Shown here in pieces: positions 12,496 to 25,619 of a stretch of 64,000 bases of DNA. Position numbers and translations under genes: made by a program. Origin of the DNA: Octopus bimaculoides (lineage: Eukaryota); assembly GCF_001194135.2 (NCBI RefSeq), contig NC_068982.1, positions 50,242,893 through 50,306,892 on the forward strand. Reading direction: 5' to 3'. The notes under the pieces were generated by a model. It searched no databases. It was not told where the DNA came from and saw only the letters and a list, made by a program, of their open reading frames with translations. How positions within the stretch are numbered: the first letter of the stretch is position 1; the number at the start of each line of letters is the position of its first letter.

Positions 12496-14559
12496 CAATA
12501 TTCAAATATTTGCAGTACAGCTTGAAATAAATAAATGACACTTGTCTAAGATTATACAATCTTACACAAGGTCTATATAGGGTGTGGTTATCATTGTCGC
12601 ATTTTTGAATGGCGATGAACACGATACTGTGTAGATTAGTGAATCCCAACGTGGAGGAGGTGCACATGGAATGTATTAGTTTGACACTCAGTGCAAAGAG
12701 AGAGTTTTTGACGTTTCGAGTATATCTCTTCGTCGACCACCGGTGAGGCATAGATTTTTCTGGAAAACTATAGTAGAGCCGAGAGGGAAATAGGTTGGAA
12801 AACACTGGTGTAGATTGTCGAAGAAAGAATATTACCTTTCGTTTTTTTATCTTGACTTGTAAAGCCTCTAAGGTGTTCACCGTTCTACAATGGAATTATT
12901 GAATATTGGAAATGAACTTCTCTCACAGGCGAATTTGTCCGTCATTTTCCAAAACATCTTTCTTTCTACTAAGGCTTAATTTTCATATATGTGAAATACT
13001 GCTTGAATAAACAAATATCACTCGATTTTTAAATTCAAAAAGAAAATAGGGACTTTGGAAATGTGAAAAAAAAAGAAATGTTTGAATATGCTTTTAGTGC
13101 AACTTGCATTCATTGGCGGATGCAATGCTTAGTTCACTGGTACTTTTATTCCATTTTTGAAACTATTGTCCCCTCCTTTTTCCTTCTTTCCCGCCCCTCT
13201 TTTATTGTATATATTTGCTCGAATCAGACAATTTGACTACTAATTCGATTATATGTCTGCTTGAACACAGTTGATCTGGGCAATTTTAAAAATTATAAAA
13301 TCTATGACAATACTACTAGAAGACGTAAAATAACTTCGCTTTTCTAAATGTAATAAGAAATAAAATTACTCCAGCGCTTACAAAAATGACTAATAAATTA
13401 TGCTTGGTAATGTGATAGAAGGTTGACTGAATCAACAAAATGTTTTATTTTCTCTTAAATTTTAGGTTTAACGCCCCTATATAAAAATCTTTAGAAAGCT
13501 GGCGTGGATAATACTGCTAATAGCAAGCAAGCAAAGCAATAACAATCATGGCATTCTATGGAACGTTAAACAAGACAAAATAAAAAAAAAAATGAAATGA
13601 ATAAAATAGATTAATTAGAAAAATACGAAAAAAAAACGAAAAAAAACAAAACAGAGTTCTATGTCAGTGAAGGAAACGTTAAAAATGACACTAGACTATT
13701 TCTGTGATACACAAAGTAGAATATAACATCACCATTGAATAAATAAAGAAAACGAACCAGCGATTTGATTGTAATTGCTAGTTTGTCGTCCGATCCCGAC
13801 GCGGTAGGTTAAGCTATTAATTGCAATCAAATCTCCTTTCAGTTATACCTTATCGTGTTAAGATACAAAAAGAAAAGCACAGTAGATAATTTAGCCCTAA
13901 GGTACATAATGTGTGAAAATAAACAGGACGGTCACGGTAGGAACGCCTTTGAACGGAGCTAATATGAGGTTAAACAAAGACAAGAGTATCAAGAAAATAG
14001 GCAAAACATTAAGAACACTAGTCATCAATATTTTTTTAAAATCCACAATATACGTAAAAAATCTTTCCCTTTATAATCAAAATGAGTTTTAACAACCCTA
14101 CGAACAACAAATTCATATACAGACGATCTGTCTGATGGGAAATGTTGAAATCAAGATAATGGAACGAAAATTAATCGACTTTAGTAACTAAAGAGCATCG
14201 CAATTAAAATGATCAATTAAAAATGAAATGTTAAAATTAGCATAAAAAGTAATTAAGAAAGATTTTTATAACATAGAGGCGGTGCTGCAGCATGGCCGCA
14301 GTCAAATGACTGAAACAAGTAAAAGAAAAAAAGAATAGTCAAATAAATAGGCGAACCATAATTTAATCATATTTGTTATACTGTCAATAGCATTATATGT
14401 AAAGATGAAACGATTAAAAAAATAAACAAGAAATATATATTGATAAGAACAAAAGCCCTTTTTGAAAATCAAGAAAGCAAAAACATTAAAAAGAAAAATA
14501 AGAATCAAGCGATTAAAATCATTAAGCCTTAATTTAAACACAGGCCAACGATCCAGAAA

Positions 14560-16115
14560 AGAGAAAGATGGCATTCAAGAATTACAAAACTATCTGGTTT
14601 TGCTAATGACAAGAACTTTTGCTACAAATAGTAAGCACAGAATAAAAAGTAAATTGACAAAGTCAGAAGTACTTGGAGAAGTTGAAATAAGAAAAGAATC
14701 CTTCTAAGGGGTTAATTTGCCGTGCTTGTTGTTTGTATTGTGTATGATACCGATGGCACTGATATTCTAAAAGAGCCTGGGGACGGTAAAACATATAATT
14801 CAAATTAAACCATCGTTTTTTCTTAGATGAATTTAAACTGTTCTGGAAAACTTGCAAATTGGATATATTCTTTAGTTAAACTGCTTATTTAATGAGCGAA
14901 GACAAACGAATAGAATTTGAGATAAAGAAGTGAGGAACATATGTAAAGAGGAGAAGGAAGACCTTGTCAGCACAAGGGATAGTGTTACCCGGTGTTAAAG
15001 TAATGAAAGACATTCTTAAGAAGAATGGATTTAAATCTTAGTAATACAAGAAACCGGCAAGATCAAGAAGATTGAAATGAGGGTACTATTTGGAAAAGAA
15101 TATCAGAAAAGATTGAAATTGGTGTTATAGTCAAAATTAAATCGAAGAAACATGATATTAGAAAGAAACACATGTGCGATATTAAGCATAAGGTATGGAA
15201 CGGATACTCAAATGGAATAAAGAAAAAATTCGGAAGTTAGATAAAAAGATGCGAAAATTGATGACAAGAGATGATGAATTTCACAGGAAAAGTGACATTC
15301 ATAGGCTTTATCTGCTCGGGAAAAATGGAAGAAAAGTTTGATCAGTTGCGAGGGATGTTCTAAGAAATGAAGAAAACAATTTAGGTTGTAAGTTGATAGT
15401 TGATGTAAAACTTTCTGATTGCTGACGGCATCGTAAAGGGTGAGTATTAGAGAATTAGAAAAGGGGAAAAGAGACGCGCTGGAATAGAAAAGCAATGATT
15501 GGACAGATTGTCAGAGATGTGAGCAAACGCGTGGATAAGCAAGGGAAATGGGGATGAATGAGAAAATCAGATCTAGGTGTTGGAACTGAAGCATTAATTT
15601 GTGGTGCCTAATGCACCACAAATTAATGCTTCTAAGGACAAACTATGTGAAATGTCACGCCCATAAGGACGTTGAATTACACCAATATAGACTTTGTGAG
15701 GAGAAATGGGAAAGCATTATCTGCATGGTGTTGCACAATGAGAATAAGAAATGAAGAGGCTGAATTGTGAGGTTTGTGAGATTTTAACATCTAAAAACTA
15801 TAATGTAGTCAACTGACTGATATTGTTATCTTCAAGATGACAGCGCACGATAATTGATGTAGTTTATCCGGATGACAGTAAATTGGGTGAGGAAGAACAA
15901 TAAAAAATTATATTAAGATCAGAAAATGAAACTTGCAAGAGCGAGAGGCATGAAAAAAGTGGAAACCATGCCGATAGTAATAAACACTTGGTTCAGTTCG
16001 AAGACCATAGACTCACGTTAGAGAAAACTGGAACTGAAGTTCAATGAAAACTATTATAGAAAAACCACATCGCTAGCAACTGAAAGGATACTAAGGAAGG
16101 TGCTCAAAAATTGAG
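14560..16115 (+). mobile_element. R4/Dong-type LINE, decayed 3-prime part (RT to REL endonuclease)
   Basis: Manual translation LGEVEIRK..GVNLPCLLFVLCMIPM, KSDIHRLYL, LRTNYVK, IIDVVYPDD, KVETMPIVIN, ATERILRKVL; many stops and frameshifts. Confidence 0.8.
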
Positions 16116-16219
16116 CAAACGAAGGAATCCATAAGTAACTTTAGTTAGTAATTATGGCTCGTTCTTTATGTTGTAAAACTTACGCAGAATTGTTAGCAAT
16201 GTGAATAATAATGATAACA

Positions 16220-17050
16220 ATGGTTTCAAATTTTTCCACAAAGCCAGAAGTCAAGATTTTTTTTGTCGGGGTGGGGTAGTCGACACTATTCACCCGAGTT
16301 CTTGACTTGTACTTAACTTTAATGATTCCGGAGGGATGAAAGACAGGATTTGAACTCAGAATTTTAAAGAACCAACACAAATATCGCAAGACATTTTTTT
16401 TTTTGACGTTCTAACGATTCTGCCAATCTTCTGTCTTTAATAATGGTTTCTCATTTAGGCACAACGCGAGAAAATTTGAGGAGAAAGGTGAATTAAGCTG
16501 ATACCATAGACTACAGGAAATGACCGCTACTTTATTTTTATCGATCTTGGAAGAAATGCAATGTTGAACTCCGAACGTAAAGAACCAGAAGTAATACAGC
16601 TGTCTGAATATTCTCTTTATTACAGGCACAAAGTCTAAAATTTTGGGGAATTACATCGACTCCAGTGCTCAACTGGTTCATATTTTACCGACGCTGAAAA
16701 GATGTAAGGCCAAGTCGAATTCGGCGATATTTCAGCTAAGAACGTAAAACTGGAAGAAATGCCGCTACACATATTGTCCGGTGTAGTAACGATGCTGACT
16801 CAACGCAGTCTTTAATTGTTTTTAATTTAATTAATTTTTAATGTAAATATATCAATTTAAGCGTAGATCTAGCAGTTTTAAAGAAGGAGGGTTAGTCAAC
16901 GAAATCCATCCCTGATGGATACTGACTGATCCTGTATTTTATTGACCTTTAGAGAGGTGAAAGGCAAATTCAACCTCGACATGATTTGAACTCAGAGTGC
17001 TAAGGACAGTAACATTTTGTCTGATACTTTAAGGATTCTGCCATTTAGCA
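16220..17050 (-). mobile_element. Head-to-tail cluster of about 4 SINE family B copies
   Basis: Repeated ATTTGAACTCAGA, CTAACGATTCTGCCA and TTTTATCGA..GAAAGGCAAA modules. Confidence 0.8.
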
Positions 17051-17084
17051 TCGTAGACATGGTAGTAGTAGTAGCAGCAGCAGC

Positions 17085-17136
<52 letters not shown>

Positions 17137-17257
17137 CACCACGACAATTCTGGAAAAAAATCAACAATATTCAAGCAGGAGGAGGAGGAGAATAATAAGC
17201 GAAGCTACAAGATACAAACACCCTTAGAAAGATAACACATTACAACGTTTGTCTCGT

Positions 17258-17296
<39 letters not shown>

Positions 17297-17299
<3 letters not shown>

Positions 17300-17606
17300 G
17301 TAATGGTATGACAACAAAAGAATGAATGAGACCTCGATATTATGTAAATAGGGGAATTTATATGTAATATAATATGCGACAATTATTCAGTTGCCATAAT
17401 AAAACTCCGAGTTTCGGATGTCGGGGCGGAAATCTGCTCTGGTATCTCGTCAGTTATTACGACAATCAAAAAATGCTATGAAATTGACTGGTAAACAAAG
17501 GGAAATTACTATGTAAATGACCGTTATTAAGACAAACAAAAGAGCTATTAGAATGATCGTTAAATAAAGGGAAAAACCCGAAGGGGAGAAAGTAAAAAAG
17601 TTAAAA
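17297..17606 (-). mobile_element. Short Penelope-LTR-like repeat carrying a hammerhead motif
   Basis: Hammerhead core at 17396-17460, ends in (TA)n at 17296, abuts the truncated L1/Tx1 at 17607. Confidence 0.55.
17396..17460 (-). ncRNA. Type-I hammerhead ribozyme-like motif
   Basis: GUAAUAA CUGACGA [stem II] C GAAA CUCGGAG U U UUAUUAU: complete core, 7-bp stem I, palindromic stem III ACUC-G-GAGU, GUU cleavage triplet. Confidence 0.7.
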
Positions 17607-19920
17607 ACGAGTGGCTTTCCTCCCTTCCACAAAAAGCGGAAAAGGATTCTTTCCAACTTGTTCAGCCACAAATCGGGGCAAGGCACCACCGTCAGACGGT
17701 AGGTGATAAGCGATGCTATAAACATCTGCACCACCTCCGCCTTTCCTAGCAAGGATAACACCCGCCCAGACCAGGTCTGGGTTAGAGCAGTCACACCTGC
17801 TGGTCACCTCGCTCCAATTTTTCTCTATCTGGAGGCCTGGCCCGAACCAAACTCCAAGCAGCTTAATAGGATCTTCCATCCAACGCCCCACGGCGTTATT
17901 GGACGGCATCGGCTTGCCCCTCCAGGTGCCGATTTGGAAACCAATCGACTTGTCCTTGTTAACCTTTGCTCCTGCCACCGCCTCGTAACTTTTGATAGCC
18001 TCTTCTACCACGGGAAACTGGCCCTCATCCGTCACGCTGATGGTGATGTCATCCGCATACGCCGTCGCCTCTCTTCCACACCATAGATCATGCGGTGCGC
18101 CCCCTATCGCCTCCAACTTCCGCAGCAATGGCTCGAGGGCCAACACATACAAAAGCGGAGACAGNNNNNNNNNNNNNNNNNNNNNNNNNNNNNNNNNNNN
18201 NNNNNNNNNNNNNNNNNNNNNNNNNNNNNNNNNNNNNNNNNNNNNNNNNNNNNNNNNNNNNNNNNNNNNNNNNNNNNNNNNNNNNNNNNNNNNNNNNNNN
18301 NNNNNNNNNNNNNNNNNNNNNNNNNNNNNNNNNNNNNNNNNNNNNNNNNNNNNNNNNNNNNNNNNNNNNNNNNNNNNNNNNNNNNNNNNNNNNNNNNNNN
18401 NNNNNNNNNNNNNNNNNNNNNNNNNNNNNNNNNNNNNNNNNNNNNNNNNNNNNNNNNNNNNNNNNNNNNNNNNNNNNNNNNNNNNNNNNNNNNNNNNNNN
18501 NNNNNNNNNNNNNNNNNNNNNNNNNNNNNNNNNNNNNNNNNNNNNNNNNNNNNNNNNNNNNNNNNNNNNNNNNNNNNNNNNNNNNNNNNNNNNNNNNNNN
18601 NNNNNNNNNNNNNNNNNNNNNNNNNNNNNNNNNNNNNNNNNNNNNNNNNNNNNNNNNNNNNNNNNNNNNNNNNNNNNNNNNNNNNNNNNNNNNNNNNNNN
18701 NNNNNNNNNNNNNNNNNNNNNNNNNNNNNNNNNNNNNNNNNNNNNNNNNNNNNNNNNNNNNNNNNNNNNNNNNNNNNNNNNNNNNNNNNNNNNNNNNNNN
18801 NNNNNNNNNNNNNNNNNNNNNNNNNNNNNNNNNNNNNNNNNNNNNNNNNNNNNNNNNNNNNNNNNNNNNNNNNNNNNNNNNNNNNNNNNNNNNNNNNNNN
18901 NNNNNNNNNNNNNNNNNNNNNNNNNNNNNNNNNNNNNNNNNNNNNNNNNNNNNNNNNNNNNNNNNNNNNNNNNNNNNNNNNNNNNNNNNNNNNNNNNNNN
19001 NNNNNNNNNNNNNNNNNNNNCACACTACTCGTCCCGTCCATCGACCGAACACCCATTATAATCGACAAGAGACCTAATTGTGGCATCATTGCTACGCTGG
19101 GCAACGTTAATTCCCTCACGGCCCAATGCGCGTACTTTAGCCCGAACTCTGCACCCCTCGTGTTTGGCTTTGAGGTGACGGTCCAAGGCCGTTCTCGCTG
19201 CCAAAATGTGAGATGCAGAGCCCGACCTCAACGCCTCCTCTAGGTCCTTAACTAGTTGCCCTTCTATTCTGGCCTTATCTAGTCTTAGTTGACGGCTAAA
19301 CCTAATAGACTCAAAACGAATTGCTCTCTTGAGGGTGAACCACCATCGGTTGTTAACCACAGTGCCGGTTAACGCCCTCTGTACTAACCCCTTAATCCGG
19401 CTACGGTATGCCTCGCAAGTCAAAATAGACTTGTTCAGCTTCCAGTAGCCGGTTCCTCTCTTAACTGTACTATCTACACCCAGTATACACTTGACCATTC
19501 AATGGTCAGTGTAAGCTACTTGAACGAGCTGTGGACAGCTAAAACTAGACTTATCTCCAGTCCTTATCACTATTCTATCTAAGTAAGACTTGAACCTTCC
19601 GTCACCGCTCATCCAGGTCCACTCTGGGACGTTCGGATGGTCAAGTCTGTAACGATCTGCCAGCTGAAAACGTTTAAGCAGATCTACGAGACGTGAGTTT
19701 ACTTTCCTATGGATCGAGCCAACGCTATCGACTATAACGCTAACTATAGCGTTGTAGTCTCCTAACACTACTAATGTCTTCGACGTCACGAGAAAGCTCT
19801 CGAGGCGCAGATAAAAATCAGTTTGAAATCCTCTAGCTCAAGGTGCACAGATCCGACCACACAGCCACTCAACTTTGATAGCTTTAATAGGTTTCGGCCA
19901 GTATAGGCCCAGGCGATGTC
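17607..19920 (-). mobile_element. L1/Tx1-clade LINE ORF2 fragment (APE endonuclease and RT), truncated at both ends
   Basis: VVLGDYNA, WTW...SYLDRI, YTDH (APE); GYWKLNKSIL; LSPLLYVLALEPLL, AYADDIT, IKLLGVWFG, ERILFRFLWKGG (RT); gap 18165-19020. Confidence 0.92.
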
Positions 19921-19973
19921 TAACTTAATAGCACACACACACACATATATAGATAGATGTGTATGTATGTGCA

Positions 19974-20023
<50 letters not shown>

Positions 20024-21189
20024 CGCATACACACACGCATACGCACGCACATACACACGTACATACAGGCACGCACACGCACAAAAACACGCACACACAC
20101 ACACATACACACAGCGCTGACGAGCCGGGCACTCGGTTTAATGAAACGATATTGTTTATAGTTGATTAACACAATCTTTCTATGTTCCAACATTTATTCG
20201 CCTAGGATTTTAATGGCCGTTATTTATTTCTTGACTTTTGATTAACAGCCTCCCTTTACTCTTTTATTTTAGCCCTTCATTTTCTTTTCATTTTTCTTTC
20301 TCTTTACCTATTTTGTTACAACTGTCTACCATCGCCATTTTTTCTTTGTACTTATGATTTTATTTTGTCTTTTATTCTCTTTCCTTTCAGATTACCACCC
20401 TATCAGCACCGTTTACTACGTGGGAGGCCTGGACTACATCAGAAGAAACTTTGTACACCAAAATTCTTGATAGCTTTTGTATTGTTAATATTAAGAACAT
20501 TACTCCTTTCCCTTCTCACTACCCCTCCCTCACTCACAAGAACGCATGATGATATCTCGCCGATATTTTTATCGCTTTGTCTTATGTCTAAAAGAATAGC
20601 CTTGTCAGAAAATTAACTCTTCCCAGGAAGTTCAAAGGAAGGACGCATCGTGTATTTCCTAAAAAGCAAGCATGCACGCATACGATTCAATACCCATAAA
20701 CATTTACACGCAGTAAAAACATTTAGCCATAGGTATGTGGATTTGGAAGTTAGCTATAAATGGATTACAAAAGTACAGTTGGAAGTAGGGGGGAGAAGTA
20801 AATCTGAAATAAACTACGACGCCAGAATTTCAAGACAAAAGACAAATGAAATATATAAATTCGAAATTAATTTGTAGCCACTTAGACAGTACAAACCTAA
20901 CGTTTAAATATCTTTTATAACCACGATCTCGTTTTTTTTCACTCGGAACGAAAATCATCCGAACAAGATAGAGAAGAGTATTACACTTGCTTAATACTTG
21001 ATAAGATCACTAGTGCTAATCGCTTGATAGGAAAGATGTTACTTGAATCCGTTCAGTAGAGGAAATACGCTAACAAACTCTTTAAGCAAGCAAATAGACA
21101 AACAAATAGAATCTAAACAAACTTGTGCTGATTTGTGTTGCCAAATATGTTTTACGCTTTTGATCAAACAAATCTCATCTTTTATCATC

Positions 21190-21400
21190 TATCTTTTACT
21201 TGCTTCAGTAATTGGACTGCGGCCAAACTGGAGCACCGCCTTAAGGATCCTTGGTCGAATTAATTGACCCTAGTACTTATTTTCTTTTTTAAACCTGGTA
21301 CTTATTTTATAAGACTCTTTCGCCAACACGTTATGTTGTGGGGACGTAAATCCACCAACACCGGTTGTCAAGCGGTGATGTGGGACAAACACAGACATCC
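21190..21400 (-). mobile_element. SINE family A tail fragment
   Basis: ACTGCGGCCAAACTGGAGCACCGCC...GGTTGTCAAGCG...GGACAAACACAGAC; equivalent tails at 22550-22790, 30320-30555, 41580-41780 (+) and 53165-53390 (-). Confidence 0.8.
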
Positions 21401-21881
21401 TCAATGAGTGAATAATACGTAAACACATAATGAGAGACAAATACCAGACAAAATACCACATGAAATCTAACCCCTCTTCAGTTGTCGACTGTTAATTACT
21501 CCCCATTTCGCGCATTCAACGACAATATAGAAAAACTTCATTAAATAACAGCATCCAGAAATTTTTAAAATACAAATTTTTTAGAGAGCTTCGAACGAAC
21601 AAACAACGACAGGATGGACGTACAGAGTAAACAATCGACGAAGACAAACATTAAGGGCTGTTAGGCTAAGATTCATTGCAATGGGTAACACCTGGGAGAA
21701 ATTTTGAAAGGATATAGAATAAATAGAAGAGAAGAAGATAGTAGAAAATACTATATATATATATAGTAACAATTCTTCACTGTTTATTATTTTCTATTCT
21801 TTTCTGTCCCATAAAAAGGTGACTGTTTATGCTCCTATGTAGTATATACATACTAAAACGCACGCGCATACACATAAGCAC

Positions 21882-21916
<35 letters not shown>

Positions 21917-22144
21917 NNNNNNNNNNNNNNNNNNNNNNNNNNNNNNNNNNNNNNNNNNNNNNNNNNNNNNNNNNNNNNNNNNNNNNNNNNNNNNNNNNNN
22001 NNNNNNNNNNNNNNNNNNNNNNNNNNNNNNNNNNNNNNNNNNNNNNNNNNNNNNNNNNNNNNNNNNNNNNNNNNNNNNNNNNNNNNNNNNNNNNNNNNNN
22101 NNNNNNNNNNNNNNNNNNNNNNNNNNNNNNNNNNNNNNNNNNNN

Positions 22145-22181
<37 letters not shown>

Positions 22182-22183
22182 TA

Positions 22184-22505
22184 TGCGAATGGGCGGACTT
22201 AAATGCTTAGGGTTTTCGACTCCCGATCGTAACGTCGTGAGTTCGATACACACCAGCGCGTTGTGTCCTTCAGCAAGATGCTTTATTTCACATTACTCCT
22301 GTCCACTCAGCTGGCAAACATGAGTTGTATCTGTAATTCAAATGCCCAGCCGTGCCACGTTTTGTGTCGCGCTAAATCTCCCTGAGAACTACGTTAAGAG
22401 TACGCGTGTCTGTTGAGTGCTTAGCCACTTGCACGTTAATTTTATGAGCAAACTTTCATTGATTGGATCAACTGGAACACTCATCGTTGCAACCAGCAGA
22501 ATGCC
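22184..22505 (+). mobile_element. tRNA-derived SINE family C
   Basis: GAGTTCGATAC B box, CCACTCAGCTGG body, GAGAACTACGTTAAG...CCACTTGCACGTTAATT tail shared with 40729-41110 and 61125-61430. Confidence 0.8.
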
Positions 22506-22895
22506 ACGACATATATATGCACGGGCGCGCACGTGCGTGTGATTGTGTGTATGTGTTTGTGTGTTTGTATCTGTGTTTGTTTCCCACCGAACAACCGCTT
22601 AACAGCCGGTGTTGAGCAGCATTTTTAGTTCCAATAAAATTAGCTGTTCGGCAAAAGAGGTTCGACGGTATAAGTACAGGACTTTAAAGAATAAGTACTG
22701 GACGGATGGCGACCTGTTCGACTTAAGCCCTTTAAAGCGATGCCCTATCATGGCCGCAGTAGAATGACTAAAATGATATCTAGTAAAATATAAAAGCTAA
22801 TGCTCCATAGCTTGCTGATTCTATTAGTTACAGTCTTATTAATTAATTCTTATTCTTCTCGCAGCTTTAGAAGTCAATATTAAATCTGTTAATTA

Positions 22896-23098
22896 AGATG
22901 GTGAGCTGGCAGAATTGTTAGCACACCAGGAAACATGCTTAGCAGTATTTCATCCGTCTTTTCGTGCAGTCGACTTAGCCTTTCATCCTTTCGAGGTCGA
23001 TAAAATAAGTACCAGTTGAGCACTAGGATCGATGTAATCGACTTATCACCTCCTCCGAAATTGCTGGCCTTGTGCCAAAATTTGAAATCAATATCAAA
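22896..23098 (+). mobile_element. SINE family B
   Basis: GAGCTGGCAGAATTGTTAGCAC...GCCTTTCATCCTTTCGAGGTCGATAAAATAAGTACC...GGCCTTGTGCCAAAATTTGAAA; further copies at 25945-26200, 27290-27485 and 34560-34772. Confidence 0.85.
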
Positions 23099-23155
23099 TC
23101 TGTTCTCGAGTGTCAATGAATTTCAGTAAACGTGATGAGATGGTAAAAACTAAAT

Positions 23156-23721
23156 GGATCTATTTTAAAACGGGGGCACCAGTTTTCATTTATGTTTTAT
23201 GTAGTGTTTTTGGTACGGAAAGACTTTCAAACTTCGTATACTTATCTATTTTGTGTTATAGAACAGAAAAATATTTTTGTATTCGAATTTATTTCATGTA
23301 AAAAATTGTCTTATTTCGATGATTTCTACTAATCACTGACGTCTATTCAGTTGAAAACAGTTAGCGCTGTAACGGTGTATATCGTATTAATCCCCTAACC
23401 CTAACCCTAACCCTAACTAGACTGTTAACCGTAACCCTAACCCTAACTCTAGAATCCGAACTCTAAAATTGTTACACACATAGATACACACAGCGTAATT
23501 TATTATATAAACAATATATGCGTATAAATTACGATTAAACCGGATGAAATATGTCACAGGGAATAACATTTTTATGACCGCCCAGCAGTNNNNNNNNNNT
23601 TTTTTTTTTTGTTAAGAAGACTAAGAGTAAAAGATGTTTTATATGACACATTCTACCAGTGTCCCAAGTTTCAAAGTGTTTCGTTAAGAAAATACTGGCG
23701 CCCCCGTTTTAAAATAGATCC
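23156..23721. mobile_element. MITE with GGATC..GATCC termini, 8-bp TSD and (CCCTAA)n core (Merlin-like by inference)
   Basis: 28-bp TIR GGATCTATTTTAAAACGGGGGC(A/G)CCAGT; AACTAAAT duplicated at 23148-55 and 23722-29. Confidence 0.88.
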
Positions 23722-23737
23722 AACTAAATTGTTTTTA

Positions 23738-24070
23738 GAGTCATAACGAAGGGTCTCTGGAGAAACGTTATTCGACAGGGTACGTAACTCAGAAATTAGG
23801 AAGTTTGTCCAAGTCAAACCGCTACTTCTGCGTATTGAGGAGTCACAGCTTCGATAATATGTTGCAGAAAAGAATCACAGGACGGATCTCTCAAATAGAA
23901 CTATTTGGCAGGTGACCTAGAGGTAGGCCAAGAACAAAGGGGGTTGGTTAAATATCTATAATCTTAGTTGGTCGTGCTTGGAAATCCAAACCGGAAAATG
24001 TAATGATGGTTACTTCTGACATGATCCTACGGAGGAGGTATCAGAGGATTCTACTCGCACGTTTCTCTCA
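23738..24070 (+). mobile_element. RTE-type LINE 3-prime fragment
   Basis: Manual translation RRVSGETLFDRVRNSEIRKFVQVKPLLLRIEESQLR*, then PRGRPRT. Confidence 0.8.
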
Positions 24071-24709
24071 AGAAACGGGGGCGGAGAAGATGGACAGAAA
24101 GCTCAAATAATGGGAAACGGAAGTGAACCAGCACTGAATAGGTTATTTTGTAAGGATAGGAAGTAAATGATGAGGTAATCGCAGTGAATTAGAAAAGTAA
24201 GGACGAACTGTGTTATGTGTGGGAGTAACAGGAAACAAAGGTCGAGAGTGAAAGGGAAAAAGGGTCGTTTGTATGTGAAAGGTGATGGGATAGTTTTAAC
24301 ATCTCGAGTTGCTTCTAATTGCACTTGATTTACTTCTGAAATAACTTGAAGACTCCATTTTGTTTCTTTTTTTTTATCTTTTTACGTTTACTTGACATCT
24401 GACATTCTGAAACCAACGTATCTTATTCTTAACACAGAAACTTAATGACTCAGAAGATAATACAGTGGTCATCATTACTTGGTATATTTATTCTTAATCT
24501 GTTCTTCTGTAATGACTACATAGTATTTCACTACACACAATCACTGTACCTTAATAATAATAACATTGATTATCTGTATAGATCTAGTGAGACTCCATTA
24601 TGAAGAAAGTAAATATAACGCATCTATGAAGTGAATTTACGTTTTCTTTCTTTTCAGAAGAAGGTTAGTAAAGGTACAGAAAGCGGGAGTCGTTACAGAC
24701 GTTCCGACA

Positions 24710-24740
<31 letters not shown>

Positions 24741-25619
24741 CCATAGATGCGTACATATGTACGTACATATTCAAGTTTGTGTGTATAAACACACATAGTC
24801 GTATGTTTATATGCGTGTGTGTATGATTATCTTCATGTACATGAACACATAAACATACGCATATATCTATATACATAAATACATACACACGCACAACCAC
24901 ACACACACACATATGTATGTGAGTATATGTATGTGAGTATATGTATGCATACACACACACGCACGCACACACACACACGCACGCACACACACACACACAC
25001 ACNNNNNNNNNNNNNNNNNNNNNNNNNNNNNNNNNNNNNNNNNNNNNNNNNNNNNNNNNNNNNNNNNNNNNNNNNNNNNNNNNNNNNNNNNNNNNNNNNN
25101 NNNNNNNNNNNNNNNNNNNNNNNNNNNNNNATATATATATATATATACCTTTTATTCTGGCAAAAGACATAGTTTTCAATTTACGTTAATCATAAACCGA
25201 AGAAAAGAAATGGATAAAAGATCATTTAGCACCTTTATATCTTAAATTTACTTGAGTTAACTCTAAGAAAACCTTTTCACTAATGACCCGTTGTCAGCGC
25301 TGAGACGTGTAATTTTATACTGCAATATCATTCCAGCCTTCGTTTCGATTAATTTCATTCTTTGCTTTATCTGTTAAAAGGTTCAAAGATTTTAAACAAA
25401 TGCGGTTTATTCGTATTAGAGGATAAGTCAAGTAAATGTTAGATTTCTATTATTACTAAATATTCGTTTAGATGTATGATGTAAAACACATTTAGTATTT
25501 CTGGTGTCAGATGAAAAGGTGGGAGGAAATAGTAAAATGATCAAGAGGATGAAATTTAAATTATGTATGCTCCAGCTATTGGAAAAAGTGTTGAGTGTTG
25601 ATTATATACTGGAAAAAAA

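Noticed and set aside
19885-19915. GGCC-TATACT-GGCC-GAAAC (minus strand) as a hammerhead
   Set aside because: No CUGANGA core, and it lies inside the L1 endonuclease coding relic
21585-21684. AG/GT-bounded 100-bp open segment as the next exon after 20732
   Set aside because: Its open phase is incompatible with the upstream candidate exon; likely chance
23393-23450. (CCCTAA)n as a telomere or chromosome-fusion scar (also 40290-40340)
   Set aside because: Short, degenerate and enclosed by MITE TIRs with target duplications
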